Origin: Trypethelium eluteriae
Lineage: Eukaryota
DNA: 64,000 bases
NCBI GenBank assembly: GCA_051942245.1
Contig: JAVECL010000021.1
Coordinates: forward strand, 1 to 64,000
Reading direction: 5' to 3'
The translations under genes and the position numbers were made by a program. Each line of letters begins with the position of its first letter. Position 1 is the stretch's first letter. Shown piece after piece: positions 36,957-50,233 of this stretch. The notes below the pieces were generated by a model. That model was not told where the DNA came from, searched no databases, and saw nothing but the letters and a program-made list of their open reading frames with translations.

Positions 36957-37247
36957 GTTGACAGCTGACGAAGTGAGGCAAGATAAATAAAAGGTCCAAG
37001 TGAAGTGGTGAATAAAGGATCAACGGAGTCGCGTCGGACAGAAGGTTGCTGCCACAGATGGCTGTAGCTTCCGCAGCTAGAGTGCAGACGCTGGCAAAGC
37101 GCGCAGCCTACGGAGTCCGGACGTAGGGGAGTGGAAGGTAAGAGGAAGGATGGTGAAAAGTTGTGGAGAGATGGAGGTTAAAGGTGTCGAGAGGCTGAGA
37201 ACAAGGCAGGGCCGTGGGGCGACTAGAGGTCCAAATTCAAGCTTGAG

Positions 37248-37253
37248 CACGTG
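37248..37253. promoter_or_regulatory. E-box CACGTG in the SUB2/RPR2 bidirectional promoter
   Basis: GAGCACGTGATG at 37245-37256, between the divergent start codons. Confidence 0.35.
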
Positions 37254-37382
37254 ATGAAAGGGTTACCACTTCAGTATAGGGCTAAACCGCATACGGGCAT
37301 GTGACTCATCTTTCAGGCACTTAGCGCTGCATGCAGCAAACAGTGAATGCAGTCCCAAACAAAGACGAAGTGAAGAGTCGCA

Positions 37383-37985
37383 ATGGCCAAAAAAAAGACT
37401 ATCAAGCGAGTGTCTAATCCGCACTTACACGCCCGCGTCTCCTATCTCTACCAGGCTGTAAATTATTTGTTTCCTCGGCAATCCAATGTACCTCAGGTTG
37501 CTATTACCACTGGAGATGGACATCCACTACACCCAAGAAACCATGACAAAGTCGGAGAACAGGATGGCTGTTCAGCTCAGATTAAACAACTGCCGAAAGC
37601 AGACGACCAAACTTCGCAAGGTATCTTAGACAAAGGAAGGGATGGATCAGGTCTGTCCCGCCATCTCATCACTCACATACGAGCCACAGCCCTCAAGGCC
37701 CAAGTCCGTCTCTCTCATCAAATGAAGCACTCTTTGTGTAAGCACTGTGATACACTCCTGGTTCCCGAAACCACGTCTTGTTGCTTCCAAGAGAACAGGA
37801 GCAAGGGCAAGAAGAAACCATGGGCCGACGTACACGTCATTGAGTGCTTGAATTGCGGAACACAGAAGCGCTTTCCCGTTGGAAGCAAACGACAAGCCAA
37901 AGGACGTCCGAAGAAGACGGGGATAGCCGAGCACCATGAACCGAACGGTCCGATTTTGGAAGCAATAGTCCAAGGCCCAGTCTGA
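37383..37985 (+). CDS. RPR2: RNase P subunit Rpr2/Rpp21/Snm1 family
   Basis: HLHARVSYLYQA, QVRLSHQMKHSLCKHCDTLLVP and CLNCGTQKRFP: two CxxC zinc-ribbon pairs. Confidence 0.88.
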   Translation: MAKKKTIKRVSNPHLHARVSYLYQAVNYLFPRQSNVPQVAITTGDGHPLHPRNHDKVGEQDGCSAQIKQLPKADDQTSQGILDKGRDGSGLSRHLITHIRATALKAQVRLSHQMKHSLCKHCDTLLVPETTSCCFQENRSKGKKKPWADVHVIECLNCGTQKRFPVGSKRQAKGRPKKTGIAEHHEPNGPILEAIVQGPV

Positions 37986-38587
37986 GGAGAGTAGGACGCT
38001 GCAGGAATTTCCCATCTTGATTTGGCCCTTTCAGTTCAGCAAGATTCAACGGCAGGGCAAGTGGATGCATAACTGGCACAGAACGATCGGATGAGCAATG
38101 ACTCTGCCAGCTTTTTCTGTCACAGCACAACACGCAGGTCTCTGGGTACAGGCTCATCTCCCTTAGCTGCTCTTACCATTGCTATGATTATGTTCGTGGG
38201 CTGAGAAGCTAGTGCCCAGGACGACCTACTCTGTGGGTGACAGTGCAACAGGACAAAAGAATTCACTAAGCAAGCTTCCAGTAGAGCCAAGATCTACTTG
38301 AGCTTGTCGATCATCCCACTTTGGTCAACTCTTACTCAGCGGATGCACTCCGCGACTAGTCTCCCTTAGGGCCGGTAAAGAGGCAATTGCAGGTTGCCGA
38401 AAGTCGCGCGGTTTGCCTGAACCTCCAGTGCCTCCTACTTGACTGGCACTTGAGCCCTCTTTTGGGGACTGCTCTATCTCTCTCAAGCTCAGATGTATGA
38501 TACACGCGTAGATTTCTGTTGCGTCGCACCAATCGACTCACAGTAGTTAGTACTCAAATCTTGCATTACTATTACACCCTTTTCGAC

Positions 38588-40457
38588 ATGACACCCGTGG
38601 CAGTTTTAAGCGCCGTAGCCCTGTTCCTAATACCAATTATTATCCATCTTTCCACCCGGGGTTCACGATGTCCAAAGGGCACGAGACTACCACCCGGCCC
38701 TAAAGGTATCTCATCTCTTTCCCAGTATTGAGGATCAAAAATTATCCAGTCTGTTACATGCGTTTCCACCCTGATCAAACATGATTTCCTCCACACCTAC
38801 ATTCCCACTATTTCTACCCCAGAAACTCGCGCGATAGTGCATTGCCCTCCTAAGCCTCCACTGATGCTCTCCACCCCAGGCTACCCCCTCATTGGCAATC
38901 TCCCCCAAATCCCTCTGTCCCATTCTTGGCTCCAATTCCACACCTGGTCCCAAACCTACGGCCCCATCTTCCGCCTCACTCTCGCCGGCGCGCCCCACGT
39001 CGTGCTCTCCACCGAAAAGGCGGCCAACGACCTCCTCCGCGAACGCGGCACGCTGTACTCCTCGCGGCCGCAACTCCCCGCGGCCACCGTGCTGCTCGGG
39101 GACCGACTCCGCCCGCTCTTCCTCCCCTACAACGACCTCTGGCGACGCGGCCGCAAGCTGATGCACCACCTCTGCATGCCGAGCGCGGCGGCCAGCTACG
39201 AGGGCACGCAGCGGCTAGAGTCGACGGTGCTGCTCGCGGCGCTGCTGCGGGATCCCGCCGGCTACGAAACCCACTTCGAGCGGTTCTCCAGCGGGCTGAT
39301 CTTCCGGCTGGGGTTTGGGAAGACGCTCGAGGAGGCGGAGAGCGCGGGGAAGGGCGGGGCGAGTCGCAGTCTGACGCATAGGATTTTGGAGGTCGGGCAT
39401 ACGCTCGAGCGGGTCGCGAGTCCGGGGGCGTATCTGGTGGACACGTTTCCTGTGTTGATGAGAGTACCAGATTGGGCGGCTGGGTGGAAGCGGGAGCTGA
39501 AGTGGATGCACGCGAGGGAATTGGCGTTGTTTAGGGAGTTGTTGTATGATGTCAAGAAGGAAATGGAGGAGAGGAAGGATCAAGCCGTGGAGTGCTGGGA
39601 AAGGGCGTTTCTAGAGAAGCAAGACGAGTATGGATTGAGTGATGACGAGGGCGCGTACGTAGTTGGTACCCTCTTTGAGGCCGGGAGTGGGACGACGAGT
39701 GCGGCGATGATGAGTTGGACGCTAGCGATGTTGTTACACCCCCAAGAGTATCGGAGAGTCCAGCAAGAGGTCGATCGCGTGGTAGGTGAGGATAGGATGC
39801 CAGACTTTGGGGATATGGAATCACTAAGTACTGTAAGAGCGGTGATAAAAGAGACTTTACGGTGGAGACCGGTCACAGCTGGTGGCGTACCCCATCAACT
39901 CGTAAAGGATGATATTTACCAGGGATATTTCCTGCAAGCGGGGACTGTTGTTCACTTCAATCAATGGTGGGTATCTCCTTGTCTTCATTTTCTCCACTTT
40001 GATGATGCTTCATTCAAAAATTTCCGAAATGGGCCGGCTGAAAATCCACAGGGCGATCCATCGGGATCCAGACCTATATCCTGACCCAGAAACTTTCAAT
40101 CCGTCTCGCTGGCTAGACCCTAAATATCCGACATATCGCGAGCCTCTTGCGGAGTATCCCAATCTCAAAAACTTTTCGGCTTTCGGATTTGGGAGGCGAT
40201 TTTGCCCGGGACATAGTATTGCCGAACGCAGTCTTAATCTCCTCGTTGCAAGAATCGCATGGGCTTGTGACATCAGCAAAAGCCGAGATGAGTTTGAAAA
40301 TGAAATCCCAGTCCCTGATTATGACTATATCTCGGGCTTCAATACGCAGCCGAAATGGTTTCCCTTCAACCTAAGGCCCAGAAGTGCACGGAGGCAGAAG
40401 ATGGTCGATGAGGCCGCAGTCGAGGCGAGGAGGAAAGACACACTGAAGGTGGCTTGA
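38588..40457 (+). CDS. Cytochrome P450 (3 exons; intron 1 = 38706-38879)
   Basis: N-terminal TM anchor, LPPGPKG|YPLIGNL, I-helix EAGSGTT, KETLRWRP (ExxR), PETFNPSRW, heme motif FGFGRRFCPG. Confidence 0.93.
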
Positions 40458-40741
40458 GTATGACCGTTACAGTCCGCGTGGGATCTTCGCGAGCAATCCT
40501 GTGTTTCATATAATGACCGCAGGTAGATAGTCCCATGCTGTCTTGGGATAGCGTCGGCCGAATGCCTCACCAATGACAATGAGAGATGACAGTCAGAGCG
40601 GCATTGTGCAGTTGACCCGCTCCAGCCGCTTCCGAGTGGGATGTAACCCATAGGTAGGAACATGGTCTTCTCTCAGGAGGTTATAACCTGCCAAGGTCGA
40701 ACAGTTTTCGTCGTCGATTGACACATCTTGATTTTTATTTC

Positions 40742-42063
40742 TCAGAGCGGTTTCCGCCCGTAGACTACAGACCTGCATCAGTGTTAGTCGTAGGCAATAT
40801 GTTACCAGTGATGATATGCAATCTTACCCATCCAAATAGAAAGCATGCCCTCCTTGAAAGCCCTGGTTCTTCGGATTCCTCAGTTCATCTTTCATACGCC
40901 CCAGGAATGCTTGTGCGGTTTGCACTGACATCTGTCCTCAACAGTCAGTAAGCCTCCCCCTCCCCTTGTGACTAAAGCCAAGCAAGACTCACCCCACCAG
41001 GACCCGTCAGTATCCTCAACATGAAGCCCTCGACTCCATCCATCATCCGCAATTGATTCCACATGCCCAGCTCCCTCATTTTCGGGTCGGCTGACCAGCC
41101 TCCAATGGGCCACTTGAACCTTCTCTCCACCACGTCCGTAAAACCGGCCGCAATTACCTTCTCCCGGCTCTGTCTCCAAATGCAAAACGTCTTTCCCCAT
41201 CTTTCGCCCAGTCCTTCCACCGTCCTGCCCCACGTGTTATAGAAGTGGTTCGCCGGCACATCCCCATCCTCCGAAACAGGCCAGACGCTGTGTTCCACAA
41301 TCTCCACCCACCCGCCGGGCTTCAAGCAGCGCCATGCCTGCTGCAGAAAGAAGTCCCAGTCCGGTATGCACCCAAACAACTCCCGAATGTGTATGAAGTC
41401 GAAGCGATCGTCAGGGAAGGTCCACTCGAGCGTCACGTCGTCTATCTCGAAGCTGCAGTTCGGCGGCACGAAGTCTGGCTGGATGGGACTAAGGTCCGTC
41501 CCCGTGACGCGCGCGCACGGGTACTCGTCCGCCATGTCGATGGCCCAGATGCCCGTGCCGGTACCGATGTCGAGGATCTCGTGAACGTTGCCCTTGACAC
41601 CGTCTGCGATGGGCGCCAGGTGTAGGTTGCCGTCGAGTGTGATGAGGTACATGTGGTGAGCGAGGTCGACGAGCTCGTTTTGCCGGTCGTCGTTGGGACC
41701 CCAGTAGGCTCCGTCACGGAAGGAGTGGTATCGTCGGCCGTTTTCATAGCGGTAGTCTGTAATGAAGGAGGCAAGGGTGTCGGTGTCGTCGCCAAGGAGG
41801 GAGGCACTGTCGTAGGCAGAGTCGTGGTCGTCGGCGTAGAATAAGGCGTGAGGGTCCTGATTGTCGTGGGGTTGGAAGGCGAGAAGAGGATGTGCTGCAC
41901 TTAGTGGTTCAGAATGCGAGGAGGTTCCGAAGATGACGGGTGGAAAGACAGGCGGTGCCGTAGGATCGATGTCCATTTCATCCTGCGTCGTCGGGTCTAT
42001 GGTGTTGCTGAAGATGGGCAGATTTCCAGCGTCATCGCGGTCCTCGTCGGCCCCGCTGCTCAT
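40742..42063 (-). CDS. SAM-dependent methyltransferase, LaeA-like/TAM-type family (3 exons)
   Basis: YRYENGRRYH, YWGPNDD, ILDIGTGTGIWAIDMADEYP, GTDLSPIQP, FEIDD, FDFIHIR, LKPGGWVE and final exon VVYGRKP. Confidence 0.92.
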
Positions 42064-42294
42064 GGTGGCAGCACCCAAGCAAGACGCGAGATCGAGACCT
42101 AGATTAAGATGTACCTGTACCTATGCCTGGCCCGCACTTTGCTTCTTCTCTCGTCTTTTGTCCTCCCACGTCCAATTGTCAGAGTCTGTGCCTACATGTA
42201 AACAACAAACGTCCAGACCGCCAAATCGGTGATGTGATGCCCCGCGTGATCTACGATATTGCAACCACGGTTGCGCCTCTGATGCGAGATATCA

Positions 42295-42320
42295 ATATAT
42301 ATACACACACACACGCACAC
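42295..42320. repeat. (AT)n(AC)n microsatellite upstream of the methyltransferase
   Basis: atatatatacacacacacacgcacac. Confidence 0.75.
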
Positions 42321-43979
42321 GTCTGGCGGTCGTTTCTGAATGCTGGAGCAGCGGCAGGACCAGCCAGGCGCCAATGCCGCAATTCGGGAGGGAGAAGGTG
42401 CGAAACAAGAACCGTGAGGCTCAAAAAATTGCAAGAGGTGCAGAACAGTTCGGAAGGTGGAATAAGCGCAAAGATCCCTCCCTTCGCCTGCCTGCTGACT
42501 TCCTTCCCGCGGTCCCTGGTCCAGTCACCAGCTAGGCAAGGTCCCGGCCAGAAGCAGCAATATGCGCTCCTTCTGCGATGCACGCAACGCTAGCGGCACG
42601 GTCGTAATGACGGTGTGAGTCGTTGTGCGGTCGGCCGAGGGGCTTTCGCGAGCGCGATGTGCGTGGGAGCCCAGCAGATAGGTGGTGTTGGCCTTGGGAC
42701 CGGAGAGAGGGGGGGGGGAGAGGGCAATGATGGCGGATGCGTCAGACATGGCTTGCTAGGCTCTGGTGCCTATTACCGGCAAACCCATCTTTGAAGAAAT
42801 GAGATATCTCTCCTGTCTCCTTTCTGCGCGGCTAGCGATAAATCCAGCGTGGGACCCGGCTCAAGCCGTGCCAGCGTAGCCGACATGGGCAAGTCTCTGT
42901 GACGCTGGTGGTTGCGGCCCGTTCCTCACTCCTGTTGGTGGCAGGGACCCGCTGGAAGGAAGATCAAGCAGTAAACCTTAAGAGGCGCTGCTGGCGTCTA
43001 ACCTGAGTCCGCCTGTGGCGGTTTGGGGGAAGCGTTTCAGCCAGACTCGCCATTTGGTCTAGTCATTGGCCTTTGGTCTCTATAGTCTCCCGCGCGCCAA
43101 AAACCTCATGGCTTGCAGAAACGTCATGGGAACATTGCCTAAGGTATTGGGCTGGTGGACGTGCGCAGGTTGGTCTCGCCTCAATGCGCTGTCCGATGAC
43201 CGAAATGGACGATGCTCCTCATGACTCGCATCTCGTGTCCTGACGGATCGAAGTGGAGCCGAAGGAATTGACAAAACCCGGTACACCATGAGTCCAGTTC
43301 GAGAAGGTCAATATAGTACTCCGTATTTAGCTCCTTCTTAATCTTCCGAGCCAATGCCCCGGGGTCGAGTTGGACTCGGTGTGGGGGGCTCCATAATGAG
43401 TGCTGGGATGTCTGGGAATGTACTGTATGCATGGCTTATCGTAGTAATTGTTTTGCTAGTCCAGCTACATCAAACACAGTGCTTCAAGCAAAGCGAAAAG
43501 ACCCATTAACTCGTCATGCGACCAGTTTCCCTAAGCAGGTCGCTTATAAAAATTTCCCGAATACCCACATAAACGCCAGCCAACAAAGCTCAATATCGAG
43601 TATCGGAAGTGCTGTTATTAGTACACTCCGTCGCTCTTGCGATTATTCGCCGCCTTAGTCATCGCGCGCAGGATCTATCATCAAGTCGCCTTTGCCACCC
43701 TGTCTATCGACTCCTGCATACCAGTATGACGGGCAGTAAAAGAAAAGGGGAAGTAGGAGAAGCTTGACGAGTCCAGGGATTAGCGAGCCTCAGATCTGTG
43801 AAAGGAACAAAGACTATCTGTGCACGGATGGAGCATTATGCGCAGCACCCAGGTACGTAAGCCACATCCAGCCTTATGCATGATGATCCCTGAAGCGGAA
43901 CAAATCTACAGATGGGTATATCGCCCGTGGCAACTTGCGATGCAATATTGCAAATCTTTGCTCGCATGCCTCGGGTTGC

Positions 43980-46237
43980 TCAAAAGATTGTGCCGAATGC
44001 TCCCTCCTCGTTCATGGTCGGCAATGGTTTACGAGGGCTGGTCGGTTTACCATCTTCATCAGTAGCAGGCTTGCGGTGTCTGACAAGAAGCAAAGGGCCA
44101 AAATGTCAGCCATATCTCTTCAGCCAAACCTGGCAACGATCATTGCGGGAACAATATTTCCCGTCGGATACGGGGCTTGGAGCAGGAAAAAGGAAAAACA
44201 TACCTGAACGTGAAGCCCACAAATAGACTTTTACCCATCTTCTCATCCCTCTCGGCCATGTTCTCCAGCGCCACCTGCTTCTCATGCACCTCTTTGTACT
44301 TGGCCATATCAGCCTCGTTACCGAAGTCATCGAAATAGCCAGCGTCGGTCTCGCTATCCAGCTCAGGCACGAATGGCGGCCGCTGTTCTCTTAGCTGGGG
44401 CCACTCGACCTCCATAAAGTAAGCGTGCGCCTTTACCTCCTGCAAAGTCTTAATCCTGTCCTTGGGTACGCAGATCAAGCGGGTGATGAGATCCCAGGTC
44501 CTTCTAGAGAGGAAGTAGTTCGGGTCATCGTACTCCGGTTTGCGCAGGACCTTTTTCCAGTGCTTCAAGTTCTGCCATGTCTCATCCACGGTGGCACCTG
44601 CGAAAGGTGGGTAACCTGCGAGCGCTTCGAACAGCATACAGCCAAGTGACCAGTAATCGACAGTGCCGTCGTATTCTTGGCCCTGCAGAACTTCTGGGGC
44701 CATATAGTCCGGCGAACCGACGATTGATTTGGCGTACGAAGCCCCTTCTCGAGTACGCATGCTGCGATAGTCATTCTGGCGTTGCTTCGTGGTCCGATCT
44801 TCGATGGGTGTAACGCCAAAGGGAGCCGGATTGGCACTATCGTTAACGGAAGCGAGTTTAACACGCATAGACTCAATCTTTGCTGGGGCGAGGAAGCCAG
44901 CTGCGAGACCAAAATCCGTAAGCTTGACATGGCCAGTGGCGTCAATAAGGAAGTTCTCGGGCTTGAGATCCCGGTGGATGTAACCGAGTTGGTGGAGAGC
45001 GTCGACGCAGCAGAACATTTCTGCGATGTAGAAGCGCGCATGCCGGTTGTGAAGAACCCCGGTGTTGTTGAGAAGTGTGCGAAAGTCGCCCCCGGGCACG
45101 TATTCCTACAAGAATGTCAGCTTCCTCCCATGCTGGTAGAAGACGGCTCGCAAAAGGTGTACCATTGCCAGATATATGCTCCTGTCGTCCTGGAAAGCAT
45201 ACAGCAGCTTCACCAACCATTCGCTCGTTGCATTTGTCAGGATATCACGCTCTGTCAAGACATGCCTTACTTCATCCAACTTGAAGAGTAGCTTCTTGCT
45301 CATGACCTTCAAAGCGCAGACCTCCTTGGTATCCTTCTTCTGCGCCAGATAGACTTGGCCATAACCACCTTGTCCAACCTGAGTAAGAATTTGGAAGTCA
45401 CCGTGTCGTAATCGCGTTCTTCTCTTCCGAAGATTTGCCCGTTCTCGGCCAAGATACTTGGTCAGCTTCTCGTTATATTCATCTTCGTTGGTAGCAGGAG
45501 GGAGGGGATTCTCTTTGTTGAAGGCAGCAAGCCGGTTCTGCCGGTTATGAACGTAACTAAGCAGATCGAAATAATAGTCAAGGAAATCTACCGCGGTTAG
45601 TACACATGGAATGACAGAATGGGCAGTTCCTACAAAGTTGGGTGATGTTCGCTAAACGTTTGACGGATGGCTTCTGCAGTCTCTCCAGCTCCAGCGGAGA
45701 TGGTCCACGGGCGATGGTCTGTTGTTGCTGAGAGACCTCAAGCTGCTCTCGCTGCTTGTAAGGCGCCTGGCGGTTTGCCGCAGCTAAGTTATAGCTAGAG
45801 TCTTGCTTTTGCAGTGGCGACTTGGGTCCTGGCGATGCGTTCTCCTTGTTCGACTGTCGCGTCGGACTTCCCGGTCTGAACGCCGCATTGTCAATACCCG
45901 CCGAGTAATCATTGTAGTGGGACGACGGAAATTCTTCCGCCAGAGTTTTGTTTGGGGATTGAGGCTGCCGGTTCACTCTGCTTGGTGAGCCGTTCGCAGA
46001 TGGCATAAGCCTCATGGCATTTTCGAAAACATTGGGCAGGTCATTGGCACCAGGAGGTAGTCGATTCTTGCTTGGGCTACCTTGGGGGGTTTGTGGAGGA
46101 CTAGTGAAGCCTGGCTGCGTGGGAGTTCCGGGATTCTGATAGACTTCATTTCCAGAGCGAGTATGCAATAGAGGAGGCGGAATTGGCAACTTCAAATCAT
46201 GTCGCCCCTCCGCATTGAGAGGCGCGTTGGTTGCCAT
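43980..46237 (-). CDS. DBF2: NDR-family Ser/Thr kinase Dbf2/Sid2 (4 exons)
   Basis: YLGRERANLRKRRTRL, QVGQGGYGQVYLA, IHRDLKPENFL, LTDFGLA, SIVGSPDYMAPE, FVPELDSETDAGYFDDF and hydrophobic motif FVGFTFR|HRK. Confidence 0.95.
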
Positions 46238-47820
46238 TTCTTGAGCGGTCGCTGAAGCAGCGAAGCAGCCGGCTATGGGCAGCGATGCGCTAGGTGGGAG
46301 GCGATTTGGAGAATTGCAGAGGACTGATCATACAGTATCAAGCAGTACGGCTCATGAATGGAAGAAAGGAAACTGGAACGAGCGGAAGCCTGCCGTGGCA
46401 TGAACATGAGTTTGGTGGTTCAGGTGTTGTTTTCACCAAGCATCCGCGTTCTCGACGCCATAGCAACGGCAGGAGCACATGCAAGCTCATCCCGCCCCTG
46501 GCCACCCACTCGACGCACGTCACCGGCTTCATCCTTGCTGTCTCCCTCTTCCGTCTTGCCTCAGAGCAGCCGGATGACAGCATTGACCCAGTGGGATATG
46601 TGTTGTATTGGCTTGACCCGCCAGCTGATTTTGCCTTACGCGCGATGGAGATTACATGCATTATCCAACAATGCTTTCTCCCTCATCTCCATTACCAAAA
46701 ACTTACCAATATCGGGCCGCGAGCTGGTCATACTGCAACTGCAACAGGTTGTTCAAAAGATTGACCTGGTTCCGATGATCGGACAATCTTCTGTGGAACC
46801 GAGTGTTTCGCCTTCCTGCAGCTACGGAGTATAATATCATAGATCAAAGCAGGCCAGCTAGGCTTGTCTGAGTATTCTCCGCGGCTCTACCTCCTTCAGT
46901 TCAGTGAAAAGGAAAGAAGAGCCTTGCAGGTAATGTCACGTTTTTGGCTCACGTTCGACGGTTGGATTTCCTTACACTACGAAGTATCTCATTGTAGTTC
47001 GTCCGTAGCCTAGTAAAATAACAAGTAGACCGAAGACACGGGAAAGAAAGCAGGAACGCACCCGCCGGAAATTGGGCTGATTCAGACGCATCCTGTAAAC
47101 GCTCTTGTTCTGCGATTAAGGAAGGTCACCCATCTCGATCCGTCTAATTGACCGTATGGACCTTCGCATTCTTCGTCCCATCATTAGAAGGGCGTTAATC
47201 TTCGGCCATGGGGATTAAAGCAAGTCTGTAAAGTAGGTGGTTTCTTCCTTTATTGGCTTCATGGGACGAATAACAGGCGAAGCGAGGAAATTGCTTTCGT
47301 AATCGTGATTGGCACACCTCACTATTGTTAAAATCAACGTCGGCGAAATGTAAAACTTGTGGTCACTGCAGCAGGGTAGGCTTCCTTGTACTAGCCCCTA
47401 TTAGTCGAGCGAGGGAGTGCCTTAGGCTTATGTAGTTAGTGGCGCCTTTGCACCGGGGCTGCTTCGTTCCAAAGCTACTTGAGCCTCACTCCTTGCGATA
47501 AAGGCTCATGCCCTCAACATACTTCTGCGACACCAGACCCTGTCCATAATCTATTCATCGCATATTGAGAACGAATCTACTGGAAATAAAACAATTCACG
47601 GCGTTCTGACTCTCCGTCGAAAACGATTGTTCAATCTGTTATAGTGTCCGATAGGCGGCCCGAACAGTTGTATTGCTCTTTCGAACGCCTTCGTTCTGTT
47701 CATCGCCAACATATTCTCGTGAATAGTGGATAATTCAAATCACAGTGCAAGCAAATGAGCTACTTCTCGCCACCTGTTTTGACCCTGAATCACCGCAGTC
47801 TGTGAAGTTCGCGTCATGTC

Positions 47821-49511
47821 TCAGTTGACTCGGACCTTCAGGCCGCGCCCACCCTCATCTCGTGTCATTCCAGCAAAGTAGTCGGACACAATCTCCATAT
47901 CGTACGCTGTGGGACCATCGAGTCGGAGCTGTGGGAACCTACGAATGATGGTAGCCAGAACAGCGTAGAGCTCGGCATAGGCCAGATTGATACCTACACA
48001 CATCCGCGAACCGCGACCAAAGGTGACGAGATAACGCTCAAGTGCCCGGCAGTCATCCCTGAGCCAGCGTTCCGGAAGAAATGAATCCGGATTAGGGAAG
48101 ATCATAGGGTTGTGTTCGATGAAGAGTGCGGACATTCCAACCGCGGTGTTGGGCGGGATCACCCACTCTCGATAGGCGATGGATTCATGAGGACTCACAC
48201 GAGGCAAACGTGAATACGCCCCAACTGCGATGCGGAGCGTTTCCTTGATAATGGCAGAAAGATAAGGTAGCTTCTCGAGCACCTGGTGATTCGGAATCTT
48301 TGCCGAATCAGGTATGGCAAATTCAAGCTCCTGTTGCAAGCGTTGGTGGACATTCGGGTTGCTGAGGACGTGAAATGTGGCTACTGTTAACATTGCACCG
48401 GTAGTCTCGAATCCAGCGGCAAGGAGGTTGTTTGCTTCTACCGAGATACGATCTCTGGTCCTTTCATGAGCGGGTAGAACATCGCTGTACGCAATTTCCC
48501 ACACCATTGTGGGGTGACTTTTGGCCTTCACACTCTTGGGATCCGTCTGGAGGAGTTCCATAGTCAACTGGTCAACATCGCGGAACATTTTTGCGACCTC
48601 TGCCGTCTTCGGGTTGAGTAGCTCCTGCATCCACTGAGGTAATTTCATCATGAACGCGAACAGGGAAGGCCATTGCCTTGTCAAAGGGGACAATTGCCAC
48701 AGGCTCCGCCACGCCGAATAAAAGGAAGCCCCCCAGTCAGCCCTGTCGAGCATCTGAAGGGTGCTACCAAAGGCGTATTCCGAGATGATATCGACAGTGA
48801 GTGCGCGATAAGCATAAAAGAGTGGTACTGTCTCCTTCCTTAGCGCAGCGTTCTCCATGCGAGTCACCAAGCGATCGATCAAGAACAGCATAGTGGAACG
48901 GAGTCTACCGACTGCTTGGGCCGAGAAAAACGGATTCAATGCACCACGACGGATACGATGAACATCGGCATTTATGGTCGCAAAGGTAGCTTGAGGGTTA
49001 CCCATCATGCTATAGAACCAATCATATTTGTCCCATCGATTGGTTTTACTATAAAGGGTGTCGTAGTAGGTAGGGTCAAGAATATGGACCTCATTGGGAC
49101 CGACGCGGACGATTGGGCCTTGGATCTGTTTAGCATGTTCTTGAAAATGTATCGCTACAATAGGCTAGTAGCGTTGCTCAAAAGCCCATGCTAACCGGAA
49201 ATTATAGGGACACAAAGAACGGTTGGAAAGACAATTGGCACATCGTGCAGCACGAGTGCCCAGTGTTGCGGTACAAAACAGAAATGTAACGGGAGCTGCT
49301 CACCGTATTGGTCATGCATCTTCCCAATCTGGAAAATGTAGCTGCCGGCCTTGATCACGTCGTAATACCCTTCGTACAACGTTGTCAGAGCCGCCAGCTT
49401 GGGTCCTGGGAATCGAGAGAGAGGATGACAGAACAAGCGATAGATGGCGCCGGAGATCAGGTACGTGGCGAAGCCAATGAGCGTTACGAGTGCGAAGCCT
49501 CTCCCGTCCAT
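47821..49511 (-). CDS. Cytochrome P450 (CYP58/trichodiene oxygenase-like group), 2 exons
   Basis: YRLFCHPLSRFPGPKLAALT, YG|PIVRVGPNEVH, AAGFETT, KETLR, FLPERW, heme motif FGRGSRMCVG. Confidence 0.93.
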
Positions 49512-50233
49512 GATTTGCTCCAATCGTAGCGATAAAGTCGGGCCTGGATCTGGCAATGTGCGAATCGTGTTCGAGCGCAACCGACGGCGGGGGCTTAAAG
49601 GAGTGTAGAAATGCGAGGCTCTGAATGATGTGAGCTTTTTATCTTTGGCAAAGCACTGGTGAGCTACAGTACGCAATGCTTCTTGAGAGCTACCCACTAA
49701 CTCTGGCGCTGTTGCTGCGATCCGCTGGGGTGTACTCAGAGGTACAACAGCCACTGGACGAGGCGCTATCGGGATGCAGAAGCGATAATGCTTCTTTGCA
49801 GACCCGCCGGATCACAGTTGGAGTACTGGAAAAGTGCCTCACTCGCTCGTGCCCTTGTGATGTCTGTCATACCCCGGCATCTCGATGCCAATATTCCGGT
49901 TAGCCGTACTCCAAGGCAAATGATCTAACAAACTTGCGTTTACCCAGGCCTATCTCCAAATATCCCATTTTTCACACCTAGGCCTAGTAACCTCTTTGTG
50001 GCAACACCTCAATTCACTAGGGATTAGGAAGCTGTGACCACGCTCCTGCCAGTTTCTAGAGATGCACCCTACCCTCCTTCGGCAAAGCGGCCAAGTGCGC
50101 TGGATGCACCGCACGAGCTTTTCCCAGTGATTCTGCTCATCCCGGTTTTTGTGCTACGTCGCGGGAATTAGACGCACTCAAACTTCGGTACCGCATGCAC
50201 GTCGTCCTTCTGTCATATTTGATCCCAGCCATG

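Noticed and set aside
46294..46834. Overlapping 107-158 aa ORFs upstream of DBF2
   Set aside because: No motifs, they overlap on both strands, and they sit in the expected promoter or leader. Treated as chance ORFs.
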